From positions 558,001-622,000 of the forward strand of contig JBEWZL010000179.1 in the NCBI GenBank assembly GCA_045837725.1: 64,000 nucleotides of DNA, in the 5' to 3' direction. The notes beneath the pieces were generated by a model. That model had not been told where the DNA came from and made no database searches. It worked only from the letters and a program-made list of their open reading frames with translations. This stretch comes from Vermamoeba vermiformis (Eukaryota). Within the stretch, counting starts at the first letter, position 1. Every line of letters starts with the position of its first letter. Shown piece by piece: positions 27,705-40,400 of the stretch. The position numbers and the translations under genes are program-made.

Positions 27705-28205
27705 TGTTTGCCTCGTAATTTTTGCAGACGTGAAATAGCCTTTTGGGAACGTTAATTTTTTTAATGTCTGAATCCCATCGTAATCTTACCTGGGCAATGC
27801 GTAGCTCTTTCGTTCAATTTTAGCAACGGGGGAACTCCTAGATTTAATTATTAACCCACGAAAAAGAGATCGAATAATTTTTTTATCTCTTTATAAATTA
27901 TTTTAGTTCTACGTTATAGAAAAAACAAATGGTCGATCGGCGCTTCTATTATTCTTTAACGAGTTTTAAACAAAATCTTACCAAACGCTTTTTTCATTGT
28001 CGACTGCAACGCCAGTTTAGCGAGCCCAGCCCTAATGGGCAATAGTACACGCCCAAGCATACCTTTTTTAAATTATTGCAATGATAAATAATTAATTGCA
28101 AGCGTTGTGTTTGTGAGTTCACAAAACGGTGCAAATAAAACAGATCTCGAGAACGAAAATTTTGTAATCAAGATTATCGCGCGTGGTCGCGGTAAAAGTT
28201 TATGA

Positions 28206-30788
28206 TTATGAAAGACTATTAACAAGAGTTTGTAAATCGTTTTGAATTGATCGTCGTTTTTTGCTGGGCGAATGCGGCTCCGGAGTTTGCTCGGTTAGCT
28301 CCCAAACGACAATAGAGCCCTTAATAGTACCAGCTACTACATACTTCTCATCGTATGATATGTCAGCTTGGTTAACTATCTCGTTAGGACCTTCGAGCTG
28401 ATCCACAACGGCGGATGTGTCCGGGTTGATGAGCGTTACAGTTGGACTGCCGTGAATTAATGAAGCAACTAAACCGCTCTTAGACTATAATACGATCAAC
28501 ATTAGAAAAATAGGGTAACAAGATCGTCCTATTAAACAGCTCAAGCGAGATCCATTATCGATTTCTAAATTAGGAAAAAAAAGCGTACCATAGATCCGGT
28601 CATGGAGTAAGTCTGATTGAAGAACGATACTTTGAAGGGCTCTAAATTAGAATATGACAGCTTCTTAATCTGATTATCGTTCGTATTGAGCCAGACGGTC
28701 TTGTGCTCCGTGTCCATAATAAAATTCATTAGCGGACAATTCGTATTCAATTTCTTCGCTTTCATCAAATTAAAATTAAATTCCGGTGGCAAACTCTTGT
28801 ATACCTAATATTAAAAAGCTTGGTCAGTCACGAAAATTCCGGATCACATCCAATATTTTTTTGTAAAACCGATAATAGTGCTTTGTAAGAGCTACTAAAA
28901 TGTATATAATATTAATGTAAATATTTACATTAATATCCGATGCAAAATAAATGTGTATTTTAAACCAAGAAAAGAAGATCTACTTACGCGCATCTGGCCG
29001 ACGCAATCGCCAGTCAACAAATACCCATCATCTCCAACCTCAATAGTGCTAATTGAGTTAGTGACAGGATGTTCTTCTTCACTCCACGAATCATTGTCCT
29101 CGGAGCTCGAGTCCTCGTGCGGAGGAAATTCCAAGATGACACTGCGAGCATTGCTGATATTATTTACATGTATGCTGCCCTTAGCGTCGCCAATGATGAA
29201 TTGATTGTTGTTCATCTGCAAATGCAATAAATGCAAAGATTAGTACGATCACTTAAATGTGAAAATGAAGCGTAAAAAGGTTTGATTTTTCATTTTCTAT
29301 CGCCGGTCAAGTTGAGTTTTTCCATATTTAGTAAGGAAGTCAACATAAACATTATAATTATTCCTTTTTAGGAAATTATGTTTTCGTGTACGTACCGGAT
29401 GAAATCGAATGCAATTGATGCCAGTGCCGAGTTTGTACGAAGTAATTTTCTTTTGCAGCGCGACATTCCACAGTCGAATAATATTGTCTTTGCCACACGT
29501 AAGCAAATGATCCTTATTGAACGACCTACACAAACAAATAACATCACGTGTCAGATATAGATCTCGTACGTGGGGGTATTAGTAGTAGTTCAACGTACCA
29601 ATCAAAGTCTACTATTCCATTCTTATGTGCGTTCAATGTGAATTTGACTTCATTCGTCGCGCAGTCGTACAGCATCAAATTGCCGTCGTTGGATGCACAC
29701 GTCACCACCTAAAAAATCACATTAGGCATACTGCCACATTACACATGCAATATTATAAATCGTGTTAATACTATTATTATGATTAGTTATTGCGTTTCAG
29801 TTTCACTTACAGAACTCGATCCAGGTAAAAATCTGACTTTGGTGACGTAAGATTTGAACGGCTGACTCATCTTTACCATCACATAGCTGTTATTCATATT
29901 AATACTTACTGTTATATTAATATGTGTATAGTATATATTCGCTTACGTCTTTTTAGGCGTTAATTCTTCGGGTTTTTGCGGAGATAAATTTATCGGTGTT
30001 GTTTCGGCGCTGGTTTTCAGACCTCCATTTGGCAGATCAGTATCTTTGATAATTAATGAGTCCTTATGACCGTTGTTGTTATTATTATTGGCTTCTATAT
30101 TTCTTGATTTCGCTAAGTGTTCTTTTGACGAAGTTTTTGTGACTTGATCTGGCCGCACAATTGTAATTTCTGGCGCAGCTTCTTTTGGCTTATCTTCCGA
30201 TGGTTTATCTTCGAGCTCGGCATTATTTTTATCAATTTTATCTTCTTCATTATTTGCGTCGAGATTTGCTTCAGTTTTCGTGGTTTGATCTGGCTGTTCG
30301 GATTCACCAGAATTATCTTTGTTAGCTTCACCTGAGTTTCCAAGTGGCTCTATAGATCCGTTCAATGATATAGTAGATAAAGAGGAGCTACTGCTAGTAT
30401 TAGAAGCAAATGAACTGCCGCTTAAGCTGAGTTCTGGATTTCGTCTTGGGCTTGTCGGATCCAAGTCTATATTTACAAAAGATGACGTAAGACTAGCCAA
30501 ATCATGAGTAGATCTATTTGGGGAGTACGGTTCAGACTCTTGAGTAGAATCCCATTCGCTGTCACTGCAGATCAATAAATTAAATTAGAAAAATTTTAAA
30601 AAAATCAATAAGATGCAATTATTGATGATTGTCATCATAAATATGCGAAGTATTAATTTTACAGGCAAACAAATATTATACACATTAATGGCGGTTAGTT
30701 CAATTAATTGAAAATTTTTAAATTTTAAATAATGTTGATATTATGCCTTTAATATCGACTCAAATTACCTATCCTCGTCGCTATACAT
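28206..30788 (-). CDS. WD40-repeat protein resembling WDR13, with acidic/Ser-rich N-terminus; intact copy
   Basis: HKNGIVDFDWSFNKDHLLTCGKDNIIRLWNV, CIRFHPMNNNQFIIGDAKGSIHVNNIS and a terminal VVAGTIKGSIVVWE repeat resemble WDR13 as recalled. Start MYSDEDS at 30788. Confidence 0.8.
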
Positions 30789-31279
30789 ATTACTAACAGA
30801 AAATTCTACAATAAGCAATAATCAAGATCAGATCTTGTGCATCAGCGCGTTGTGCAGTTGATCTTGTCAACAATGTCAAAGCAATTATTAAATATATAGC
30901 TTTGATATGTGTTTGTAATAAACGAAATATTTTTCAAAGATTTAAATGCGCAAGTTCGTTATACAGCAACACGTGCTCATTTCCCGATTTGGATCTTTAA
31001 ACTAAAAGCGATGCCTATCTTTCTAAAGCTGTTACGACATGTATTTATAATAATAAAGCACAATGGGGGCTGCTTCTAGCTCGAGTTCAGACTTTGATTA
31101 GATCAAGAAGGAGAAAAAGGAACGAAAGAGGGAGCGAAAGGTTAGCAACCTAAAGGAAAGAAACCAAAGAAAGAAGACTCTTTAAGTAATCCGACCTATA
31201 AAAATGTGCCTTCAATGACTACCAGCATTTACAACCCAAATTGAATTTGATCTGCATTTTTAAAAATTAAATTTTGATT

Positions 31280-34200
31280 TTAATATTTTTCGGGACATTT
31301 TTCTCGCACGCAAGGTCCATTAGAGCAATATTGTCTTATTATTCCTTCTTTCAAAAAATCTCGGATCTGGTTTTGCACCTCAGGTTCTCTGTTCATTAAT
31401 GTTAGCATACCAATTCATTTTTATGGTCATGATTACTGTTACCTTCTCGGGCACTCGTGTGTATCGTATATTTTAGGTGGCGCAGTATTATTGAACGGTT
31501 CCCAAGGTACATTTTCGTAGCGCCACTGAGCGATGCCAGATCCGTAGAAATCTCCTTTATGCTCTAAATATTACCGTATTAGAAAATTATATGGTACAGA
31601 GGGCTCCTTTAAATCATACCAGGCACACCAAATATAGGTCTAACTTGAGGACCGACATTGGATGCGTTGTACGCACGCGCCATTATTTCAGCGCCCAAAT
31701 AGGATACTTGCGCATCGCCGAAGGCCACTAAGCAAGTTAATATTAGATGATATAGACTATTTTAGCCCAAAAGATGCTTACTTTGTAACAAGATCTGTTT
31801 CTGAGCCATGCCAGGTGGAGGGTTTGTAATAGAGCTCATCCAACCAGAAGGCTCGCCTTGGTCCCATAATGGCTGCATCAGAGCTATAACGACTAATTGG
31901 TGCGTCCAAGTATAGAATTGATAGCTCAAGAGCTGTTGGTACCGCGTAAAGTCGACGGATCGAGGTAAAAGAACGGAGTAAGGGCCACCAGGAACGCCTA
32001 GTAATATATATATTAATAATGTACACGATAAATAACATCGATTTAAGACGATTTGTAACAGAATTTAATTTTGATGTGGATTTGCTTACCTAAAACACCG
32101 CGCTTCAAGTCTCGTGAACTTGCGAAATAAGCGGCACCAACAATACCACCCTGCGAGTTACCATAATATCCTACCGGCGTATCTTTCGAAATCAACGGTA
32201 CGTTGGCCATGTACAGCGCTGAGTCTTTGGCGAGCATCTCTTTCATGAATCGCAACATGACTGATTTGAATACAAAGCCTTGCAACGTCATTTCAGGCAG
32301 CGAAACAAAATTAGACATGTCGCTCATCAGCCACTTGGCGACGATAGGCACGTCGTGTTTTGCCATGCCGTACCAGTCCATCGCTAACAGGACGTAATTG
32401 TAGTTGTTGGAAATACGTCGTAAATGACGCGTCATTGCCTCGGAGCGACTTCCTAAAAAGGAAAAAATTGATCAGATCCCGTTCAAATTTTGCATTTTCA
32501 TTTTTATCTAAAAGTAATTTTATGCCTTAATATTTGCTAATATTTTTAGGAATTAGGCATTCAGAGAAACAAAGATTTTTAGGAAATTTCATATACGCGT
32601 ACCGAACAAGCCGTGGCCATACTGCAAGATCATTTCCGCTGGTTTGTTGCTGAGTTTCAACGAGCACGGCACACGAATCAAAAACTGCGCTTTTTTCGTG
32701 AACAACGGCTCTAACTTGGTAACTCGCTTGCCATCGACACGCGGCAGAATTGAACCGCGCTCCATACTTGACAAATAATACGGTGCATTGATTTCACCTA
32801 ATCAAATTAGAATATTAATAATTTGATTATGAGCTAAAACCAAGCTATTTTTCGGCGGAAAATGTTCGAATAAAAAAAAGAACTGATTTTGGTTTGAGCT
32901 CCATTTCTTAAAATAATATTTTCTTTTTGCGTACCGTGAATAGTCCTGGCCATCACATCAGTAGTATTTCCTTCGCAAGAATCTTCTTCAATCAAATGAA
33001 TTTTGTACGTCACGTCTTCAACTCTATTCAACGCATCATCGCGCATATTTTCAGCGCGACCGACGCAAATATCACGTGACATTGTGGTGAATTCCCACGC
33101 AAGTTGGAGTTGTTTGCGTGCAAATCCGCCGTTTGCCAAAATAGGAAAGACTGATTCGTCAAAGTGCTGTCGTTCAGGGGTCTTGTCACCATCGTCATCG
33201 CGCAACTTTTTGAACGCGTCACTGGCCTCAATGAGATTGCCTGATTTGGTTACTAAATTTCTGATGCCGACTACGTATCTTGTGGCCCAATCTAACGGCA
33301 CTGCAGGCAGAATGACGAGCATTGGATCGATCGTGTCATGCGCATCGACCTCGGCCCAATGCGGAATTTTTTCGCCAGTCTTTGCATTAATGATCACTGT
33401 AGTTGCATTTGCAGCCATATAAATTCCGATATCGTTCCAGGGAATTAATCCTGACGAGCTGATTTCACTGAATTTGACCAACAGCGGACTCATCACGCTG
33501 AAGCCATCAAGTTCGTTCCAATACTGCATGTTCCAGCTGCCTCCACCTTTGATGGGAGGCATTCTATCAGCAGGCAGTGCCAGTCTCAAGCCAGTAGCAC
33601 TCGTTTGGTCTTGCACGGTGTACTCGTTAGACGGCCACGGGAGTGCCAAGTTGACATCGGGCGGGTTCCAATCAGGCGCGACCATCACTAAAGCAATCAA
33701 GCTGATAAGAAACAGCACGAAAGATGCTACAGCTAGAACAGCAAATCCAAATTGAACGGCCACTACCCCGCGAGATTTCCGATCGATTTTGTCGTCATTT
33801 GCATAAATTGTGATTAACGGGGAGATTCGCAGTCTGTACACGATCAAAACAGCCAAAGCTACCTTAACATTAGGCAAAAGTAAGAATAAGGGTATATTAT
33901 ACGACATACCTATTTGTATAATAACGGCAATGATAGAGAACGCAATATAAGTTTGAAGCGTCCGCCACATCCACTCCCAATCCTCGCTAACTTCGCCTGA
34001 AGGCTCGAAAAAGAATCCCTTAATTTAATATTAGTATATCTATGCTATTACTATGTGTTTTTTCGTACCTTCAATTGGCTAGGAACGTACCACATAATTA
34101 CAATGTTATAAATACAATTTATAAATAAATAGATCGCGGCCAAAACGTGACCAGACATTCGATGACGCATAAATACAAAACCTGCATATTTAATTAATAT

Positions 34201-34650
34201 TATGCTAATGTTGATTATGCTACAACGTACCAACACACGCAAAGGTGCAGTTTAAAAACAATTCGAGGGCAAACGGGAACGCAACCATTAATCTTCCGGT
34301 AATTGAATAAAATCCCAGTAACGGGAATAATACTCGCATTGATAAAGCTATAAATATGATCCATCCTGCTAAAACACTGGCGTTGATGATCTGAATTTTC
34401 CACGTTAGTTTCAAATAACTTTTAAGTTAATAATTTTAACGTTAAAAACCCCATAAAAATCTATTTAAAAGCGTAGTCAACTTACGGATAATTTTTTAAA
34501 TTTAGCTTGTCGCGCAAGAATGTCTGATGAAATGATCAGATCGTCTTCTTCGAGCTCTACATCAAAATCGTTATAATCCTCAGGAAGATCTTTAAAGAGC
34601 TCGGTGTCGTCATCTTCCTCATGGAAGACGTAACTCATTCGTGCAGTCAT
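31280..34650 (-). CDS. Multi-TM N-terminus fused to a bacterial-type alpha/beta hydrolase (lipase-like) with N-terminal PWPS/LDGFS domain
   Basis: Acidic N-tail and several hydrophobic helices, then LPWPSN...ELDGFS...PAVPLDWATRYVVGI...LQLAWEFTT, QYGHGLFG, nucleophile elbow YYGNSQGG, and a C-terminal HECPRRE His. Confidence 0.8.
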
Positions 34651-34872
34651 TGTGCTGCATCCGTGAGCAAAAACGAAAAGAAAATTGCGCGGGTAATTGG
34701 AAGCCAAAATTTGTCAGCCGACTTGAATTATTTAACAATTTTATACATGAACACCATTATTAATATTAGCGGAACTCGCGAGTCACATAGCGTGTCCTGT
34801 CGCTTCCCACGGGACGCACGCCATGATTTTTCTTCGTAGAAACCAAAACCAATAGATCAGCAATTCAACACA

Positions 34873-35830
34873 ATGGAAGACCAACTAAGAGCACTAGAAG
34901 ATTTAAAAAATCAAGGATTTATCCAAGAAGCAGAGTACAACAGGAGAAAGGCAGAGTTAACGGTAAGATCTATCTTCTAAGAAACATATTTACAATTATA
35001 TTAATCAATGTATATTAGGGTGACAATAAATCAACCGATCAATTTGCTAAATTATCTCTGGTAAGTAAGATCGAGTCCTAAAGAATCAAAAAACGTCGTT
35101 AGTGGCCTCTTTAAATTCCTGCCCTAATTAATACATTAATTTAACCTTAAAAAATGAAGTTAGGATATTATTGCCAATAACAAGATATTTCTGGTAAATT
35201 AATTAATCAAATATCTTTTCGATCCCACCAGGATTTTCGTCTACAAACTGTCACCAACCCAGATGGCACGTATAATAACTGTAAATGGCAATGCGTTATT
35301 CCAGGACTACCAAACGTAAGTATTTAGCCATTACAAACCGAGTTGGATCTGACAGATCTTGTTCAGACGCCTTGGGAAGGTGGTGCCTATCCTCTAACCA
35401 TTGAGTTTCCCGATAAATACCCTCAACAGTCTCCAACATGTAAGCCGCTATAATATTTATCAGTACTGACGCCTATTCCAGGCAGATTTCCGCAAGGCTT
35501 CCTACATCCGAACGTTTTTCCGTCGGGCACCGTGGCACTTCCTCAATTACGAACATCATGGAACCCTGAAACACCTATTCAAGATGTATGTTATAGTCGC
35601 CACTCATATTAATGGCTTAACTAACTAAGGAAAGCAGATTATTTTAGCGATCCAACAATTTTTGAACAAACCGGATCTGAGTGACCCTGCGCAACTAGAA
35701 GGATATCAGTTAGCCTTGTAAGGAGTTATATTGCTTAACTTTATCGTATTAATCGTTGAGTAGCCGCCAGCCAGAAGAATACGTCAAGCGGATTCGTCTT
35801 CAAGCCGAAAAATTTCCACTAACTAAATAG
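34873..35830 (+). CDS. Ubc9-like E2-fold protein lacking the catalytic Cys, with N-terminal SHOCT-like motif
   Basis: Not in the ORF track because the exons are small. MEDQLRALEDLKNQGFIQEAEYNRRKAEL, TPWEGGAYPLTIEFPDKYP, HPNVFPSGTVALPQL, WNP, DPAQ, EYVKRIRLQAEKF. Confidence 0.85.
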
Positions 35831-36011
35831 CCTAATTTTGCAATGCTTGCTCCATCACCTTTTGCAAAAAATAAACTCTCAATATGGCATAAAATACGCT
35901 AGTAAGATTGGTTCAACAAATTTGTGCGAAGATGTTTATTGTTAAGACAGTAACATTTTTATCGTTGCGAGACAGCATACTAATTTTATTAAATAATAAC
36001 AACCATTGTGC

Positions 36012-36656
36012 TTAAGCACGAACACATTCAGCAGGCTGGCAAGGAGCGTCGGCGCAAGTGTGAGTCACGCGACGAGCGCATCCTTCGCGACCAGCGACGT
36101 AAGTGGGCCATGGCAAAAGAGGATCTGCAGACTCGTCGTAGTTCAAAACTCCGTATTGTTGCAAGAAGCGGACTGAATCCGAGAGCCATTCCGTAAATTC
36201 TGTGAACTTGTCGCCGTAGACGTTTGTCTTGGCGAACCAAATATCATTCACAACTGACTTGACGCCAGCTTGAGTGACTTGTCTGAATTGGACCTTGACG
36301 GCGGCGTTGAGAGTGGATCCGTCGATCGCAAATCCGTCCGCTTCAAAGAAAACGGATACGTTAGCGGGACGACCCGTAGTAGTGCAGTATCCATCGATAT
36401 CAGCCAAAGCAGCGTTCAGACCATAATATCTCGTGAAGAGATAGCTGAAAAGAACGTCTTCTTCGAAGACCTCGATGAACTTGTTTCTGTTGCAAGTAGT
36501 GTAGGCTTCAGCAAACGAGAAAATTGCTCTCTGAACGCGGCCGCGATATCCAACGAAGAGAGGACCATTATAAATGACTCCTTGGGGCAGTTCGTAAGTA
36601 GCGACGGCAAATGCCAAAACGCATCCAAGGACAGCAAAAAATAAAGCTTTGTTCAT
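36012..36656 (-). CDS. Intronless secreted protein, probable NTF2/SnoaL-like fold, Cys-rich tail
   Basis: Signal peptide MNKALFFAVLGCVLAFAVA. Pattern F-AEAY...EDVLF...G..A...AAVKVQF...GDKFTEFTEW resembles SnoaL-like domains. Confidence 0.65.
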   Translation of the reverse strand: MNKALFFAVLGCVLAFAVATYELPQGVIYNGPLFVGYRGRVQRAIFSFAEAYTTCNRNKFIEVFEEDVLFSYLFTRYYGLNAALADIDGYCTTTGRPANVSVFFEADGFAIDGSTLNAAVKVQFRQVTQAGVKSVVNDIWFAKTNVYGDKFTEFTEWLSDSVRFLQQYGVLNYDESADPLLPWPTYVAGREGCARRVTHTCADAPCQPAECVRA

Positions 36657-37497
36657 GTTGTCTAGTTGACGAAAATTGATCAAAATAATGATACGCTCAC
36701 CAATTTATATCTTTTTTTGGTATAAAATTTATTCCTTGATTCACCAGAATAATAATTTGTTTTGTGTCTCGAATTAATTAAAGCTGTACGAACGCTTTAT
36801 ATGGAACCGAGAAATTCATCATACCTACGTCAACGAGAATATAAAATGATCGTATACGACGAAATAAACAAGAAGGAAAGTCAGATCAACAAATAACGGT
36901 TTGGCTATGTTGACGGCACCCAGGAACTTGCATATTCCTGAGTGAAAATAAAATGAGTATTCAACGAATGCGGAGGAAATGCAGAGATGGATCCATTTAA
37001 TTTCGATGTTTAATGATTGCCGAAAGAAAAATTAGTGTCACAAAATCTGCGTACAAATCTCTCGTATTAACTCGTGTTGGGTGCATTAATGTTAATTTTT
37101 ATGCTATTGAATAGACTCAAGACGGAATGTAGATTCTCCGTGATTTGATAAGTGCCACAGAGTAAGATATCGCAATACGGGCCGTGGATCCCGAGCGATA
37201 TGCACAGTTTATCGTTCTGCTAAAATGTTGAACAATAATGACATCCAAGTCATGACCAGCTTCGGTTTTCCAACTCCAAAAATGCCCGAAAACTGTTTAG
37301 AATTCCATTCAACTTTCTCATTACCATGACAAAGTGTTAACAATTAACAAATGGCAATTACTCCGAATTATGAATTTCGTACTACAATCTGACTTTTCTT
37401 AGTGAATCCTTCGAAGATCTTTTGTTGTCTGACGTTCGGTATGAGTAGTACGATATGAGTAGTACGGATTAAACTTTACGATCTAACGTCTCAAGAT

Positions 37498-40400
37498 TTA
37501 CTCGTTTGCAAGTGCTCGTACAATTTGTTCAATGCTGGGCCGAGACTCATTCGATGTATGCCAACAGTCTCGCATAATACTAGCTAACTGCGTTGGACAG
37601 TCGGCAGGTATGACAGGTGTCAAACCGTTGTCTCGGATCTGTAGCCCAACTTCGATCGGATCCAACTCCAAATGTGGCTCTCTTCGTGCCAAAATTTCGT
37701 ACATTAGAATTCCGAATGACCAGACATCTAAAAAATATCTCCGTTCAGTGAAATGATTTATCAAAGAAATATCAAAAATGACGACTGGATCTACCTGACT
37801 TGACGGAGTATATTCTGCTCCTTAATGATTCCGGAGCCATCCACCTGATCGGACCTAGCTCCGATTTAGTTGTTCCGTGCAAGTTTTGATCGTCAACGAG
37901 TCTCGATAACCCAAAGTCAGTCAATTTTGGTTCGTTGTGGCTCAATAAGACATTTCTGGCAGCTACATCTCGATGCACTATATTATGGGAATGAAGGTGC
38001 GCTAGTCCTTTCGCGACTCCAAGCATCCATTGCCATTTTTGGTTCGGTGAAATTTCGACGGATTTGTCCTCCAGCACTGTCTGCAAAGATCCTCCGGCAC
38101 AATACTCGATAATTAATATGATGCTGTGGGTCTCTGGGTGCACGCTGAATCCAAACAATTGAACGACATTGGGATGTGGTCTCATTTGCACCATCAATTC
38201 TAATTCACCAATCACCGTCGAGTGCGCTTCAGTCATGCTAACTTTGAGTGCCACAACGGTGTTTTTCCATTTGCCTTTGAATACTTGTCCGCTACCACCT
38301 TGCCCGAGTTGTTCTTCAAAAGTAAGTTGCTCGAACGGTGTGAACCACTCTCCGTACTTGGTGGCGAGGCCAATGGTAGTTGACTGAGCTATTTTTCTTC
38401 TCTTGTTTCTTTTGACCAATAGCACGGCGAGAACAACAGCTCCAAAAACCACGACTCCAACAGGCACCACTATCGCTGCAACAATTTCGCCCGTTGAAAT
38501 TCCAGTTGGTTCATTGCTCATGTCTGGTGTCTGAATTGGAACTGTCTGTGGTGTCGTGTCAAAATTTGACAGTAGTTTGGTGACATTTAACAGCATGACT
38601 TCGTCAGTGTAAAATCCGAGTGTTGGGTGTCTGCCACCGGCAATCATAACCGTTCCATTGTCTAACGTTCGAATAATTGTTGGATTGTAGTCGAGTTTGA
38701 ACGCTGTGCTGTTCCATTCGCCGTGAGAAGGGATGCTCGTGTACGTCAATTTATCGTCTCCGCCAAATGTCAATAACAAGTTGTGTGCTACTGCTATAAA
38801 TAGTCTTGTTTGAGTCTGGGGCAATACAAAAACGTTCCAAGAACTAGATACGTAATCATAGCTCAGCACGTTGAAAAAAGTACCGAAGTTGAACGGATCA
38901 TTCTCGAAAGTTGACATGTACACTGCTCTCGTATTGTCATTGTACATTTGATGCAACCATGCTGCTGCTGTCTGATCGTTGCTAATGGGCGTGATTGAGT
39001 CTCTAGTGATCTTCATCAAAGTGCGCGCCGACTGCAAAAAATATCCGACGTCGTTGTAGATAGGAATCGTTGCAAATGAGATATAGTTGCCGTATGTTAA
39101 TAACAAACTCTGCTGCTTTGTTGTTGTAGCTCCAGAAGTCATATTGATGAAGTAAAATATCCCTGATAATGGTGGTATTAAGACTAACGTGTCTTCAAAG
39201 GCAGTCGTTTGACAGAATCCATTAAATCTCATCGAAAAGTTGTACGGCACTGAGTCCTTCCACTCGCCAGTAGTATAATCATAAACGTCGATTTTTTGAT
39301 ATTGTGTCTGAATTGGCCCGACGGCAATCGCTGTGCCATCACGTGACTGAACCAAAGGGATAAACGGCTGTGGCTCGAGCCATACACTGTCTGTAATATT
39401 GATCCAAACAACTCCCATAGTCAAATCAATCACGTCTCGTCCAATGGCAAATTGACCAATGATGGCGGGCTGTACAACTGCGTATGAGGTTGCAACGTCG
39501 TTGTCAAAAATGATACGAAAACCACTAGGAGCGAAGGCTGTGAATGTCGTGCTATCAATGGCAACAATTGACACTATTGATCCGAACCTTGGTGATGTCT
39601 GTGTTGTGACACTTTTGGTGGCTGGATTGTACTTGTAAAATTGTTCTCCGTCGTACAAAATGTATTGGCCAAAGCTCGGAGCGATGAGTTGAATCGTACG
39701 TACTTCCACGTACGTCCAAGAGCCATCATATATAGCAAGTCTATCGTTCTTGATCAGCACTATTTGATCGCTGACGCTGAAAGCATTGAAAATTCCATCG
39801 CTGTCGTAGGTCGTGTTTGAGGTGTTGGAAGTCCAATCAAAGATCGTGAATCCATCCGATTTCACTATGAATGTTTCATGGCCGAGAGTCACAGAATATA
39901 TAATATCGCTCATCATGATTTCGTTCCAGTGAGATGTTCCGAGCCGATGAAAAAGACACCTGTCAGCGAGCCAAACTGAAACGGTATCGGAAGCAACAGT
40001 GAAGTTGAAATTAACGTTGGAGTTGCTAAGAGTTGTTGCATTGTTGAACTTTAATAGCTTCATAGTAGTGCTGTTGAATATCCATGCGCCAGAATACAGA
40101 TCCAGCGTAGTTTGATTGATGCCTCCAATTCCGACGATCAGGTCTTCGTGCACGAATAAAATTCCACTAGATAAGCCTTGCATCCACGTTGTTAATAGTT
40201 CTGAATGGCTCCAAGTCTTGTTGTTAATGTCGTAGAAATCAGCGGAGAAGTTTCCAAGCACCGTCAAAATTTCGTTGTGAATCGACACCTGAATCGCCGA
40301 CCGAACAGTTGGGCCACATCCTTCTGTCCACTCATAACTATGAGTCTCTGGTGCATATAACTTGGTGCAGTTTTCATGGGTAAAACCTCCAGCAAAGTAA

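Larger units (their letters stand above)
15310..34680. repeat. Tandem segmental duplication: copy 1 ~15310-23600, copy 2 ~23855-34680 (order MFS > NTPase-nuclease < WD40 < hydrolase <)
   Basis: Direct sequence matches including introns: 15400-15750 vs 23947-24295, 16985-17250 vs 24672-24937, 20400-21900 vs 28290-30050, 22130-23600 vs 33020-34680. Confidence 0.95.

Noticed and set aside
27780-27840. CTTACCTGG resembling the U1 snRNA 5' end
   Set aside because: Better explained as a minus-strand splice donor (CAG|GTAAG) upstream of NTPase copy B. No further U1 structure is recognisable.
31100-31180. Purine-rich tract with a small hairpin (AGGTTAGCAACCT)
   Set aside because: Low complexity; no ORF or known RNA motif.
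15310-34680. Duplication as a pure assembly artefact
   Set aside because: The copies differ by roughly 10% in exons and carry copy-specific deletions and fusions. A haplotype mis-join is not fully excluded without reads.
37440-37468. 14-bp tandem duplication ATGAGTAGTACGAT
   Set aside because: Isolated two-copy slippage event in a 3' region; no supportable function.
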